From positions 1 through 20,262 of the forward strand of contig CAWEXO010000006.1 in NCBI GenBank assembly GCA_963813025.1: DNA of 20,262 nucleotides, given 5' to 3'. This document shows, in pieces, positions 1 through 8,020 of the stretch. Position numbers and translations under genes: made by a program. The DNA comes from an uncultured Verrucomicrobiae bacterium. Its GTDB lineage: Bacteria > Verrucomicrobiota > Verrucomicrobiia > Chthoniobacterales > JAFAMB01. The notes beneath the pieces were generated by a model. The model made no database searches, had not been told where the DNA came from, and saw nothing but the letters and a program-made list of their open reading frames with translations. How positions within the stretch are numbered: the first letter of the stretch is position 1; the number at the start of each line of letters is the position of its first letter.

Positions 1-47
1 GCCCTTTCACGGCGGTAACACGGGTTCGAATCCCGTTAGGGTCGCCA
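1..47 (+). tRNA. tRNA-Glu(TTC), 3' part (5' end outside the window)
   Basis: Anticodon arm GCC-CTTTCAC-GGC with TTC at 6-8, T-arm ACGGG-TTCGAAT-CCCGT, and acceptor 3' strand ending in an encoded CCA at 45-47. Closely resembles the bacterial tRNA-Glu consensus. Confidence 0.97.
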
Positions 48-108
48 ACTATCTAAGTTGCTTTTTTAAAAGGACTTATGATCAGACCCTCCGGAGGAAT
101 TCGGGCAA

Positions 109-129
109 GTACTTACAAAAGTGCTTACA
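109..129 (+). repeat. Direct repeat GT(A/G)CTTACA x2, possible integrase arm-type sites
   Basis: GTACTTACA at 109-117 and GTGCTTACA at 121-129, with a weaker GGACTTATG at 72-80, all just downstream of the tRNA. Confidence 0.35.
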
Positions 130-130
130 G

Positions 131-159
131 ATCCGTCTAGGGCCGCCTTTGGTCGCCAA
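131..159 (+). repeat. Degenerate copies of the tRNA-Glu 3' end (att relics)
   Basis: ATCCGTCTAGGGCCGCC (131-147) resembles tRNA ATCCCGTTAGGGTCGCC (30-46). GGTCGCCAA (151-159) equals 40-48 exactly. Confidence 0.5.
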
Positions 160-329
160 TATTCGCCAGAAGGAGAAAAACGATGCCTCGGCCTCGACAG
201 CGAGGAAATGCACCAGCTCTAAATCGTGCTCGGGAAAAAGGCCCGACCAACGCACCCGGCTTGCGCTCGCCCATGGTGTCGGAAGCTAAAATTCTTAATT
301 AGCCTCCATTAATTCCGAAATAGGCACAT

Positions 330-883
330 CATGCCATAGCTGGCGCGATTGCAGTATTTCTCACCGCGTGCTCTTCAATTACTGAATGGGGATATAAAAT
401 GCCAACGAGCAGGTCGAAATATTGTTTGCCGCACCCACTCGTCCGTTCAAACAGATCGGGATAGTGTCGGCCTTGGGCGGCGCGTTTTCGTCCGACTTGG
501 CGATGTACAAGAAGCTTAGGAAAGCTGCGGCTGACCTCGGTGCAAATGCGGTGATCGTCACTGGTCAATCGCAAGGAATAATGACGGCGCCAGGGGCTCA
601 AACCACGATCGGTTCAGCAAATACCGTCGGTTCGATAACACCGATGGGTCGTTATAGGGCTTCTGTAAACGCAAACACGACCTCGACAGCAACCACAGTC
701 GGTATGCCCGCGATGACCTTTTCCTACCCGAAGAATCAAGGCATTGCGATTAGGTACACTGATCGGGTGAGTCCGCCTTTCACGGCGGCAATTTCTCGAG
801 GGAAAGACGAAATATTACCGCAGCTTCGAACAGAAGATCGTCCCGCGCCGTCTTTTCGGCTGAGTGAACTCAGCGAGACCTGA
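330..883 (+). pseudogene. Frameshifted putative lipoprotein (YbjQ/heavy-metal-binding-like fold)
   Basis: One frame gives a signal/lipobox AIAGAIAVFLTAC-SS (Cys codon 369-371) with no start codon. Another frame gives EQVEILFAAPTRPFKQIGIVSALGG...KKLRKAAADLGANAVIV...GIAIRY. The natural C-terminus is probably near 765 and the rest is read-through. Confidence 0.5.
773..791 (+). repeat. Copy of the tRNA-Glu anticodon arm (degenerate att site)
   Basis: CCGCCTTTCACGGCGGCAA; positions 776-788 are identical to tRNA positions 3-15 (13/13). Confidence 0.6.
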
Positions 884-1017
884 CCCCAGCTCCTTTCCTG
901 GTCGTGCAGCGTCTGGCGCGATTTGGCTGGCAACAGGGTCTCATCTTCACCGATTGTCCAGTGGCTCCTTTAGTGTATTGGACGTCGCTGGCTAACTGCA
1001 GCCTCAAACGTGTATCG

Positions 1018-1941
1018 ATGAAACAGGTGAAAAAATGGCAGCAGTTTGAGACTCTGACGGCAGATATTCAGCGAAAGCTGGCGCCAGACGCAAAGATCAC
1101 GCCCAAAGCGCGCGTCAGGGGCAAAGACTCGGGCGCGGCGCGAGAAATCGACATTCTCGTCGAGTCCAAAGTTGGTCAATTTGAGTTGCGTGTTGGCATC
1201 GACTGCAAGGACTATAAAAATCCTGTAGACGTTGGCGAAGTTGGAGCTGTCGTCGAGCTTTTCAAAGATACACGCATGAACAAAGGAGCCATCGTCGCAG
1301 CATCCGGATTTTCTGGAGCTGCTAAGACAATGGCGGAGAGTAATGGGATTGAGCTTTATAAACTTGTCGACACGGGCGAGCACGCGTGGCGATCATTTGT
1401 GACAGGAAGCGTCCTGGTCCATTACGTTGCTTTGTCGGCTTTTCAGCCAAATCTGACAATCGTAGGAACTCCCGCAAAACCAGCGGTCGTCCGGTTTCAA
1501 TCATCGGAGATACACCTTATTCAACTCTACCATGCGGACGGTACACTTCTTGGCTGCATTCAGAACCTAATCGCCGAAGCCTGGGAGCGTGGGTTGATAC
1601 CGAAGTGCGGCGGACAGCACGAGATAGCATCGTTGACCCGCGAACCGTCCTTCGTTGAAACAGACGGGCAGCTTTACCCAGTGTCTTGCGCTCCAATTCT
1701 TACTGTGGAAGAGAAATATTTCCTCGAGGATATACCCATCCACAATGTTCAAGGGCTTCAAGATCAGCGGACCGGTCGGGTTTTATTCGGCTCGATAGCA
1801 GTGCCCCCTCTTACAATTGCCGAAATTCGCAAGAATATGCGGGAGGTTGTTTCCCCGGATCAGCTCCCTGTGAAGCCACTTCTTACCTACGAGGCGCTTG
1901 GTTCCATACCCATGATAGTTTTGCAGTCAGTCTCGACGTAA
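1018..1941 (+). CDS. Mrr_cat-like PD-(D/E)xK restriction endonuclease domain plus unrecognised C-terminal domain (307 aa)
   Basis: Motifs WQQFE, GKDSGAAREIDILV, IDCKDYKNPVDVGEV, KGAIVAASGFSGAAKTMA and GIEL are typical of Mrr_cat-type nucleases. ATG 1018 is preferred over the ORF-track start at 904. Confidence 0.85.
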   Translation: MKQVKKWQQFETLTADIQRKLAPDAKITPKARVRGKDSGAAREIDILVESKVGQFELRVGIDCKDYKNPVDVGEVGAVVELFKDTRMNKGAIVAASGFSGAAKTMAESNGIELYKLVDTGEHAWRSFVTGSVLVHYVALSAFQPNLTIVGTPAKPAVVRFQSSEIHLIQLYHADGTLLGCIQNLIAEAWERGLIPKCGGQHEIASLTREPSFVETDGQLYPVSCAPILTVEEKYFLEDIPIHNVQGLQDQRTGRVLFGSIAVPPLTIAEIRKNMREVVSPDQLPVKPLLTYEALGSIPMIVLQSVST

Positions 1942-2041
1942 ATTGTTATCCAACGGTGCTAAGCATCAAGTTCAAGCGGCGCACCGTTAACAGCTCCGCA
2001 ATGAAGCAGTTTTACCCTTCAACCGCACACGTTGCGCGAGC

Positions 2042-2262
2042 TTAGCCGCTTCGTCTCAGATTCGGCAACCACTCCTCGGCAGCTCGCCGCGCTTCCCTGG
2101 CCTTGCGTTCAGCTATGCCATCACCATAGGCATTTTCGCTGAATCTCCTTGATACATCTCTGCCGTTCTCTTTCCAGTACGCTTCCCAAAACCAGTCAAT
2201 AGCGTCCCGACCTTCCTGGAGCTGCGTCTAATGCCATAATTCCTTTTCGCTTTTCGAGCCAT
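2042..2262 (-). pseudogene. Single AP2-like domain protein, one frameshift
   Basis: ATG at 2262 reads MARKAKRNYGI; after a frameshift near 2228 it reads QLQEGRDAIDWFWEAYWKENGRDVSRRFSENAYGDGIAERKAREARRAAEEWLPNLRRSG*. The WxAxWxENG-FS-YG-A-A-R-AE pattern is AP2-like. Absent from the ORF track. Confidence 0.6.
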
Positions 2263-2296
2263 CGATTCCCAACGAAAATTACCGCGAGGATTCCTG

Positions 2297-2768
2297 ATGC
2301 CACGCTCAAAAAGCTTCGATTACTACATGGATGGAATTGATTGGTCCCACGGCCACGGCTACCGGATCCCAATACCTACGTCGACGCTACCGGAGCCAAG
2401 CACATCTACCATCAGACTTTTTCGACCCGGAAACTTGGGCTGGACATGATTGCAGCTAAGCGTCTAGCCATGGCCGAACGCGACCGGCTCGTACAAGTTC
2501 TAGGCGCCGCGCCTCCGAAAAAGAAGAAGGCTCGGCGGCGCTCCAAGCCCAAGAGGCGCGTGGGAGTTTACACGGCTGAATTACTGGCCTACCGGAAAAC
2601 CTAACTGTATTGAGTGGCTTACTGGCGAGCGAATGGCAAAACCGAGCGCAAGTATTTTTGCAATTACGTCTCTTAGGCTCAGATCTAACCAAGCAGAAAG
2701 CGATCGAAGCACGGCGAGAAGCGGAGCGGCGCTTTCCCTCTCCGGCACCGAGCTGGTCAGATTCGTGA
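2297..2768 (+). pseudogene. Tandem AP2-like domain protein, several frameshifts and stops
   Basis: RBS GAGGA at 2286-2290 and ATG at 2297. Pieces read MPRSKSFDYYMDGIDWSHGHGYRI / TYVDATGAKHIYHQTFSTRKLGLDMIAAKRLAMAERDRL, a basic linker, then RVGVYTAELLAYRKT*LY*VAYWRANGKTERKYF / LGSDLTKQKAIEARREAERRF...*. Confidence 0.6.
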
Positions 2769-2901
2769 TTCGGGCTAATCAGATTTTGCCAGTCGCGTCT
2801 TGACCCGATTCGAACGTGAAGACAAAGCGAGTAAGCTGCTATTATTCCCACTTGATCCGGCTCGTCAGCACAATCGCTCAGACTCCAAGGCTGATTTCAG
2901 G

Positions 2902-3914
2902 TGACATGACCCCGGAACGGGACAGGTCCTAAATGTAGTTCTGCTGGTTGGTATGGGACTAGTGGACTGGTAGCTAATTGTTATTACAAGGTGGCGTCCA
3001 GACTTATCCATAATCGCCCCGGTCCGGCGTGCTGCGAGAATGCCTGGGACAGGTACGCGACGTCTCAGCAGCGCGCCGGACCGGAAAAAGGCGATTGTGG
3101 GTAAGTCGCGCATTGAAGCCGCCCGGCTCCGAAGCCGAAGGTTTGTCTTTGTGGGCCTTCTCTGGCTGCTGGGCAGCGAATCGATCCGGCGTCAGATAGC
3201 TCAAGGCGCTATGGGGTCGTCGTTGATTGTACTCCACCCGCCAAGCCTCGATGATGACCCGGGCTTCGGCCAGTGAAACGAAGATTTCGCGATTCAGACA
3301 CTCGTCGCGAAACTTATCATGGAAGCTTTCGATGTAGGGTTGTTCCCACGGGGCGCCGGGCTAGAAATAGAGGGTTCTAATCTCTTTGGTACTCATCCAG
3401 TCGCGAATAGCCCCGGCGACGAACTCCGAACCGTTGTCACTGCGGATGTGCTGAGGTAACCCGTATTGCTCGATAGCTTCTTCGATTACGGCGATCGCGT
3501 CGATGGCCCGAATGGAGCGCCGGGGCTCAATCGCAAGGCTTTGTTTGGTGAACTCATCGATCAAGGTCAGAATGCGTAAGGCTCTGCCGTTTCCCAGCTG
3601 GTCATGGATGATATCCCAGCTCCAGACGTAATTAGCCTGCTTGGCTCTCTGACGCTGGGCCATCGCGGTTCCCAGCCGCCTGGTCCGGCGCGCTTCATCG
3701 ACTTCCATCCCTCCGTATTTTCGTTTCCAGCCATAATAGGATTGCTCGCTGACATTGTGCTTGGCACACGTCGCTCTCACCGTTCCGGCCTGGCCTTCTT
3801 TCAGTATCCCGATGATTTGCTCTGCGCTAAATCGACTTCGCTTCATTCGTTCTGCTTCCTTTTGATGGAGCAGAACTACAGTTTTCAATCGTCCACTTTT
3901 TGGGGTTCAGGCCA
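2902..3914 (-). mobile_element. Internally deleted IS3-family (IS407-like) element
   Basis: Imperfect ~45-bp terminal IRs. TGACATGACCCCGGAACGGGAC...TGTAGTTCTGCT (2902-2945) matches the reverse complement of 3869-3914, TGGCCTGAACCCCAAAAAGTGGAC...TGTAGTTCTGCT. Transposase remnants lie inside. No TSD seen. Confidence 0.85.
3004..3846 (-). pseudogene. IS3 transposase pseudogene (orfA N-terminus fused to orfB core)
   Basis: MKRSRFSAEQIIGILKE...WKRKYGGMEVDEARR joins directly to NYVWSWDII...LTLIDEFT...RSDNGSEF. An in-frame TAG at 3361-3363 is followed by PGAPWEQPYIESFHDKFRDECLN...EYNQRRPHSALSYLTP. Confidence 0.9.
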
Positions 3915-4352
3915 CTACCGCTCTTCCGGCGGCTTCCCCACGGGAATCGCACCAAGCTGCGTCATCATGCTCAGGCCATCCATTAGGATTCGACTCTCCG
4001 CCATCTTGCCCGCCATCAGCCGATCGACGACCATACCTTTCACGGTTATCTGCTTGCCTGTGGCAGGAACGCCGAAGAATTCGCCGCGATGAGTGCCATG
4101 CCAGGTAAAGCGGCTAAATACCTTTTCCCCTTCTGCTACCATCTCCTCGATCACCCAACGGATGTCGGGAAAGGCGGTGCGAAACGCACCAATCACCTGT
4201 TTAAGACCTTCGCGCCCCTGCTGCTGGCCAGGAAGAGGCTCGAGTTCCACGAAATCAGCGGCCACGAGATCGTCCGCCCGCTCAAGTTGACCTTGATTGA
4301 TGACTTCCTCAACAAAACTGGCGATCACTGCTTTGTTCTCCGTTGCTGCCAT
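3915..4352 (-). CDS. SnoaL-like ester cyclase / NTF2-like protein (145 aa)
   Basis: ENKAVIASFVEEVIN...GREGLK...FRTAFPDI...MVAEGEKV...WHGTHRGEFFGVPATGK...GKMAE. ATG 4352 is preceded by AAGGGA; 4391 is an alternative start. Confidence 0.9.
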   Translation of the reverse strand: MAATENKAVIASFVEEVINQGQLERADDLVAADFVELEPLPGQQQGREGLKQVIGAFRTAFPDIRWVIEEMVAEGEKVFSRFTWHGTHRGEFFGVPATGKQITVKGMVVDRLMAGKMAESRILMDGLSMMTQLGAIPVGKPPEER

Positions 4353-4609
4353 GGAATTCCCTTTTTCAGCGAACTTCTGCAACTCAGTCAATCGTGTAGT
4401 TGGCTAGACGGATTCGATTAGAGTCGGATTCGCTGTAACGCTGGTATGTGACAACGCGTCTCAGGCGATCGAAGCGAATCTGGCCGATCTCTTGATGCTT
4501 GGCAGACGCTTTCTGCCATTGCCCACCCGGGAGGTACCGCCCAACTGGGCCAAGCAAGTTTGAATATCGTCGCAAGAGCTGGGCTCTTCGAAGCGCGAGA
4601 ATGCTTTGT

Positions 4610-5539
4610 TTAGGGGAAGGGCGGCTGAGGAGCGATCGAGTGATCCCCGTTGTCGGTGACCTTCGAACCGCCGATTACCACCGTGAAAAAACCACTAGCG
4701 CTGCTGAACTCGCCGTCGCTAACGCTGGCCCCGAAGCCACTGGCGGTATTGAGCCCGCCCCCGCTGACGCTGGTGTCAGTATTGCTGGCAGTGTTCTCCG
4801 CGCCGCCGCTGATGCTGGCCGAGTTGCCGCTGGCGGTGTTCAGACTGCCGCCGCTGACGCTGGCTGAGGTGCCGCTAGCGGTGTTCTGCGAGCCGCCGCT
4901 GACGCTGGCCTGGCGGCCGCTGGCGGTGTTCTGCGAGCCGCCACTGACGCTGCCGTAGACTTGGCTGGCGGTGTTCTCCGAGCCGCCGCTGATGCTGGTC
5001 GCCTCATTGCTGATGGTATTACGGTCCCCTGCAACAAGGCCTCCGAAAGCAGTCTTGGTAAACCGATTATAGCGCCCAATGACCAGGTTGTGCGACCCGC
5101 CGCGTTCGCCGGGATTCAGGGGGACCGTCGGAATTATTTCGTCATAGCCAATGATCAAGTTGCCCAGCCCGAGGGGATTGCCATTGTCGTCGGTCGTGCC
5201 CGAGCCGCTGACGATGTGAATGTTCGCGCCGCTAATAGTGATATTCGGCCCTGCCACGCCGCTCTCCGGGTTGGGATCGACGCTAACAAAAGAGCCAAGC
5301 AGTAGCGCGTGATTGGATTTGACAGCGGCTAACTGGTTCTGCAGCGAAGAGACTTGTGTTTTCAGGGCCGCCACCTCCGCTTTCAAAGCCGGAAGTTCTC
5401 TTAACAAGCCTTTAAGGCTTGTTAGCTCTTGAGGAGTTGGCGACTCTGAACGGATGCCTTGGGCATGCGCTACGGAGCCAACCGTCTGGGCAGCCAAAGA
5501 AAGCACTGTTGAAACAAGGCAGCAGTGGATTCGATGCAT
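4610..5539 (-). CDS. Secreted protein with coiled coil and Ser/Gly-rich 15-aa repeats (adhesin-head/beta-solenoid-like, 309 aa)
   Basis: RBS AAGGA and ATG 5539. Signal peptide ending AHA-Q, heptad segment LKAEVAALKTQVSSLQNQLAAVK, a GLGNLIIGYDE...GSHNLVIG block, then SVSGGxxNTASGxxA repeats. Confidence 0.8.
   Translation of the reverse strand: MHRIHCCLVSTVLSLAAQTVGSVAHAQGIRSESPTPQELTSLKGLLRELPALKAEVAALKTQVSSLQNQLAAVKSNHALLLGSFVSVDPNPESGVAGPNITISGANIHIVSGSGTTDDNGNPLGLGNLIIGYDEIIPTVPLNPGERGGSHNLVIGRYNRFTKTAFGGLVAGDRNTISNEATSISGGSENTASQVYGSVSGGSQNTASGRQASVSGGSQNTASGTSASVSGGSLNTASGNSASISGGAENTASNTDTSVSGGGLNTASGFGASVSDGEFSSASGFFTVVIGGSKVTDNGDHSIAPQPPFP
4687..5043 (-). repeat. 45-bp coding tandem repeat, ~8 degenerate units
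   Basis: CCRCTGAYGC recurs at 4761, 4806, 4851, 4896, 4941 and 4986, encoding S(V/I)SGGxxNTASxxxx. Confidence 0.9.
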
Positions 5540-5840
5540 CTTCGGTTTCCTTTGTAGGGGATTCCCCTTGGGAAAAGGGACGTTTCGCAAGAGGGGCTCG
5601 GAGAGGGGCGGGAAGTACAGGACGCAAGGCTTCATCGTGAGGACGGCATTGAAGTTTAGGGCCGACCTCCCAAACGACGCCCAGGCTCTTCTCCGCGTCT
5701 ATACTCCTTTGGGGTGGGGCGCCGGTCGATCCCAGGCTTTATCGGGTGGCCCCCGCCTTCGGGTTCGGGACTCTTCGCGGAACATCTTGAGCAATGGAAG
5801 CTCGGGAATCACATCTTTGGCCGAGGGTGATTTTTTATCC

Positions 5841-6317
5841 GCAAAGGACGACCATATCGCCTTTAAGGCCATCAACGCCCGGCTTGAAACCGTCGATACC
5901 GCGCCGAGCTACCGAGAAGCATTCAGGAGGCGACGATGTCTCATTCCGGCTGACAGCTTCTATCAATGGAAGAAGATTCCGGGCGGTAAGATTCCGTATG
6001 CGGTCGGGATGAAAGATGATTCGCCGTTCGTGTTTGCCGGGCTTTGGGAGGCTTGGAAAGATCCGTCAACCGACAAATGGCTGCACACCTGCACGTTCAT
6101 CAACGGCGAACCGAACGAGCTAGTAGCCGAAGTGCATACCCGAATGCCGGTGATCTTGGCCGAGGAACATCACGCGCAATCGTTGGGCGAAGTCCAGGAC
6201 GGCGACCTCAAAGAATTGCTGAAGCCATTCCCAGCGGACCGCATGAAGATGTGGCCCACCAGCTCGCGAGTGAACAGTCCGGATAACCACGAAGAAGGGG
6301 TCCTAAAGCCCATCTAG
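5841..6317 (+). pseudogene. 5'-truncated SRAP (YedK/HMCES-like SOS response-associated peptidase)
   Basis: INARLET...REAFRRRRCLIPADSFYQW...FAGLWE...PNELVAEVHTRMPVIL...VNSPDN. The N-terminal MCGR with catalytic Cys2 is missing, and the conserved FYEW reads FYQW. Confidence 0.88.
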
Positions 6318-6332
6318 CCAGGGGCGAGCGCA

Positions 6333-6913
6333 GTGGAATCGGAATCCTTTAACTATCTCTCGGTCCTGCTCGCGATTGTCCTCGGACTGGCGATTACGCA
6401 ATTACGCAGGTCCTGCAAGGCTTGCGGGGGCTGATCCTGACCAGGGCGAAGGTGAAGCTCTACCTCCCGACCCTGATCTGGGCCGGGCTAGTGCTCCTCA
6501 TCGCCATTCAGGCGTGGTGGGCGAGTTTCAGCATGCACATGCGCGCCCATTGGACCTTCCTGGCACTCCTCGTAATCGTGCTGCAGGCGATCAGCGTGTA
6601 CATGAGCGCGGCGCTGGTTCTGCCGGACGTCACCGGGGACGCCATCGTCGATCTGCGGGACCACTATTTCGCGCATAGAAGCTGGTTCTTTGGTGCCTTG
6701 CTCGCGACCGTCGTATTTAGTGCGGCGAAGGATCTCGCTCTGGAGGGGCATCTGGCCGATCGCATGAACTTAGCGTATCACATGATCTTTGGCGTTTTGT
6801 CGATTACGGGCGCGATCACGCGACGAGAGTGGTTTCACAAGCTGATGACACTCGCTTTTGTTTTACTGTTCTTCCTCTACATCACCTTGCTGTTCGCGCG
6901 TCTGTATCCTGCA
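6333..6913 (+). pseudogene. Multi-pass membrane protein frameshifted by an 8-bp tandem duplication
   Basis: GTG 6333 reads MESESFNYLSVLLAIVLGLAITQ. ATTACGCA is duplicated at 6393-6408. Removing one copy restores VLQGLRGLILTR...IQAWWASF...ALVLPD...DLRDHYFAHRSWFF...LLFARL. No stop of its own. Confidence 0.75.
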
Positions 6914-7159
6914 ATGTCAGTCCGGTTGCACAATTACGCGGAGGTCAGGGCTTATCTGGACAAGGAGCACGCCGATTGGCTCCGGGCTTTGACACCGATG
7001 GAGGCGCTCTTGATCGAAGGGCTTGAACCTCCCCAGAACCGTCGGCGCGGTGACGATTTCCGTGCCATCGAGTATATTCAGCGGGAAGATCCCGAGCTCG
7101 AGCGTCGAAGGCTAGCGAGCCTTCTGGGAGAGATCCAATCCAGGCTCAATCTGCGTTGA
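6914..7159 (+). other. Chimeric tail: N-terminal fragment paralogous to the 7258 gene (6914-6997) plus a foreign C-terminal fragment (6998-7159)
   Basis: MSVRLHNYAEVRAYLDKEHADWLRALTP aligns with MGTRLHNYKEVREYLEKLHPNWLRVFTP. It is followed by MEALLIEGLEPPQNRRRGDDFRAIEYIQREDPEL, recalled (unverified) as the C-terminus of GIY-YIG-like nucleases. Confidence 0.55.
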
Positions 7160-7257
7160 AATACAAGGGCTGGCATCAAGGCTCGAGAGCACTCAACCAA
7201 GCACGTCGTCGAGTGGAACGGCCAAAAAACACGAGTGGCCTTGAGCGATGATCTGAC

Positions 7258-8020
7258 ATGGGCACTCGCTTACATAACTACAAGGAAGTCAGAGAATACC
7301 TCGAAAAACTGCACCCGAACTGGCTCCGGGTTTTTACGCCGCAGCACATCAACGCGCCAGCCGACCGTTGGCCGCAGAAGGTGTGGGCTGTCTCATCCGT
7401 CAATGCCGCGATGCAGAACTACGTCGGCGTCCAGGAGCATCAGACCAGGCCGAACCCGGCGCTCGCGGTTGTCCACGGCCAGGTGGCTCTGCTTCTGCGC
7501 TACGACGTGCCGACCTACTATGTTTCCCGGGAACTTCTGGCTGCCGTGCTTCGGACGGAGCTTCCCGATGACATGGTCTTCGAGGCAATTGCGTCCCCGT
7601 TTGATGCCGTGGTCTTTATGCTGCCGAAAGGAACCGTGCGTCACCCGAGCGACGGCGAGTGTCCGTTCTGGTCCTCTCACGAACCAGCAAAGGACCAACT
7701 TTATCGCTTCCAATCCCCGAGCTGGTTTCAAGCTCACGGCTGAACAGGACACAGTGCTGGTGACCACCTACATGCCGGAAGCGTCGCTGAGCATTAACCT
7801 ATTTTAAGAGTGTTCCGCTGATTCCGGGCGCAACCATCAAAGCATCAAACAAGCATTTCAGCAGGCCAGCTCGGCCCCATTCAGTCTGATCGTCAACGAC
7901 GAACTGGCCGATAATGAAGGAGGGACCGATCTCTCGGCTGAGGATTTCGTCGACAAGCTCTGGCTGCTTTCGATTACCCTGCTTCTGATCATGGTTTCCG
8001 GCGAGAAGGAAAATGCCTAA
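7258..8020 (+). pseudogene. Frameshifted hypothetical protein, probably of phage/ICE origin
   Basis: MGTRLHNY...YDVPTYYVSRELLAAVLRTELPDDM...VVFMLPKG. Protein-like sequence continues in other frames (FKLTAEQDTVLVTTYMPE; FQQASSAPFSLIVNDE...FVDKLWLLSITLLLIMVSGEKENA*). Confidence 0.5.

Noticed and set aside
1949..1992. Inverted repeat AACGGTGC...GCACCGTT after the nuclease gene, superficially attC-like (ATCCAAC...GTT)
   Set aside because: Only ~44 bp, the right end does not fit GTTRRRY, and there is no integron integrase or second site. At most a hairpin between convergent genes.
4037..4046. CTTTCACGG-type match to the tRNA anticodon arm
   Set aside because: About 10 bp inside an intact coding sequence; expected by chance.
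4687..5043. Regularly spaced repeats as a possible CRISPR array
   Set aside because: The 45-bp period is in-frame coding repetition with codon-position variation. There are no unique spacers and no cas genes.
5454..5840. N-terminal 129 aa of the 287-aa ORF as a novel SRAP fusion, or a riboswitch in the GC-rich leader
   Set aside because: It overlaps the start and upstream region of the opposite-strand gene and does not look protein-like, and SRAP needs an N-terminal Cys. No riboswitch consensus was recognised.
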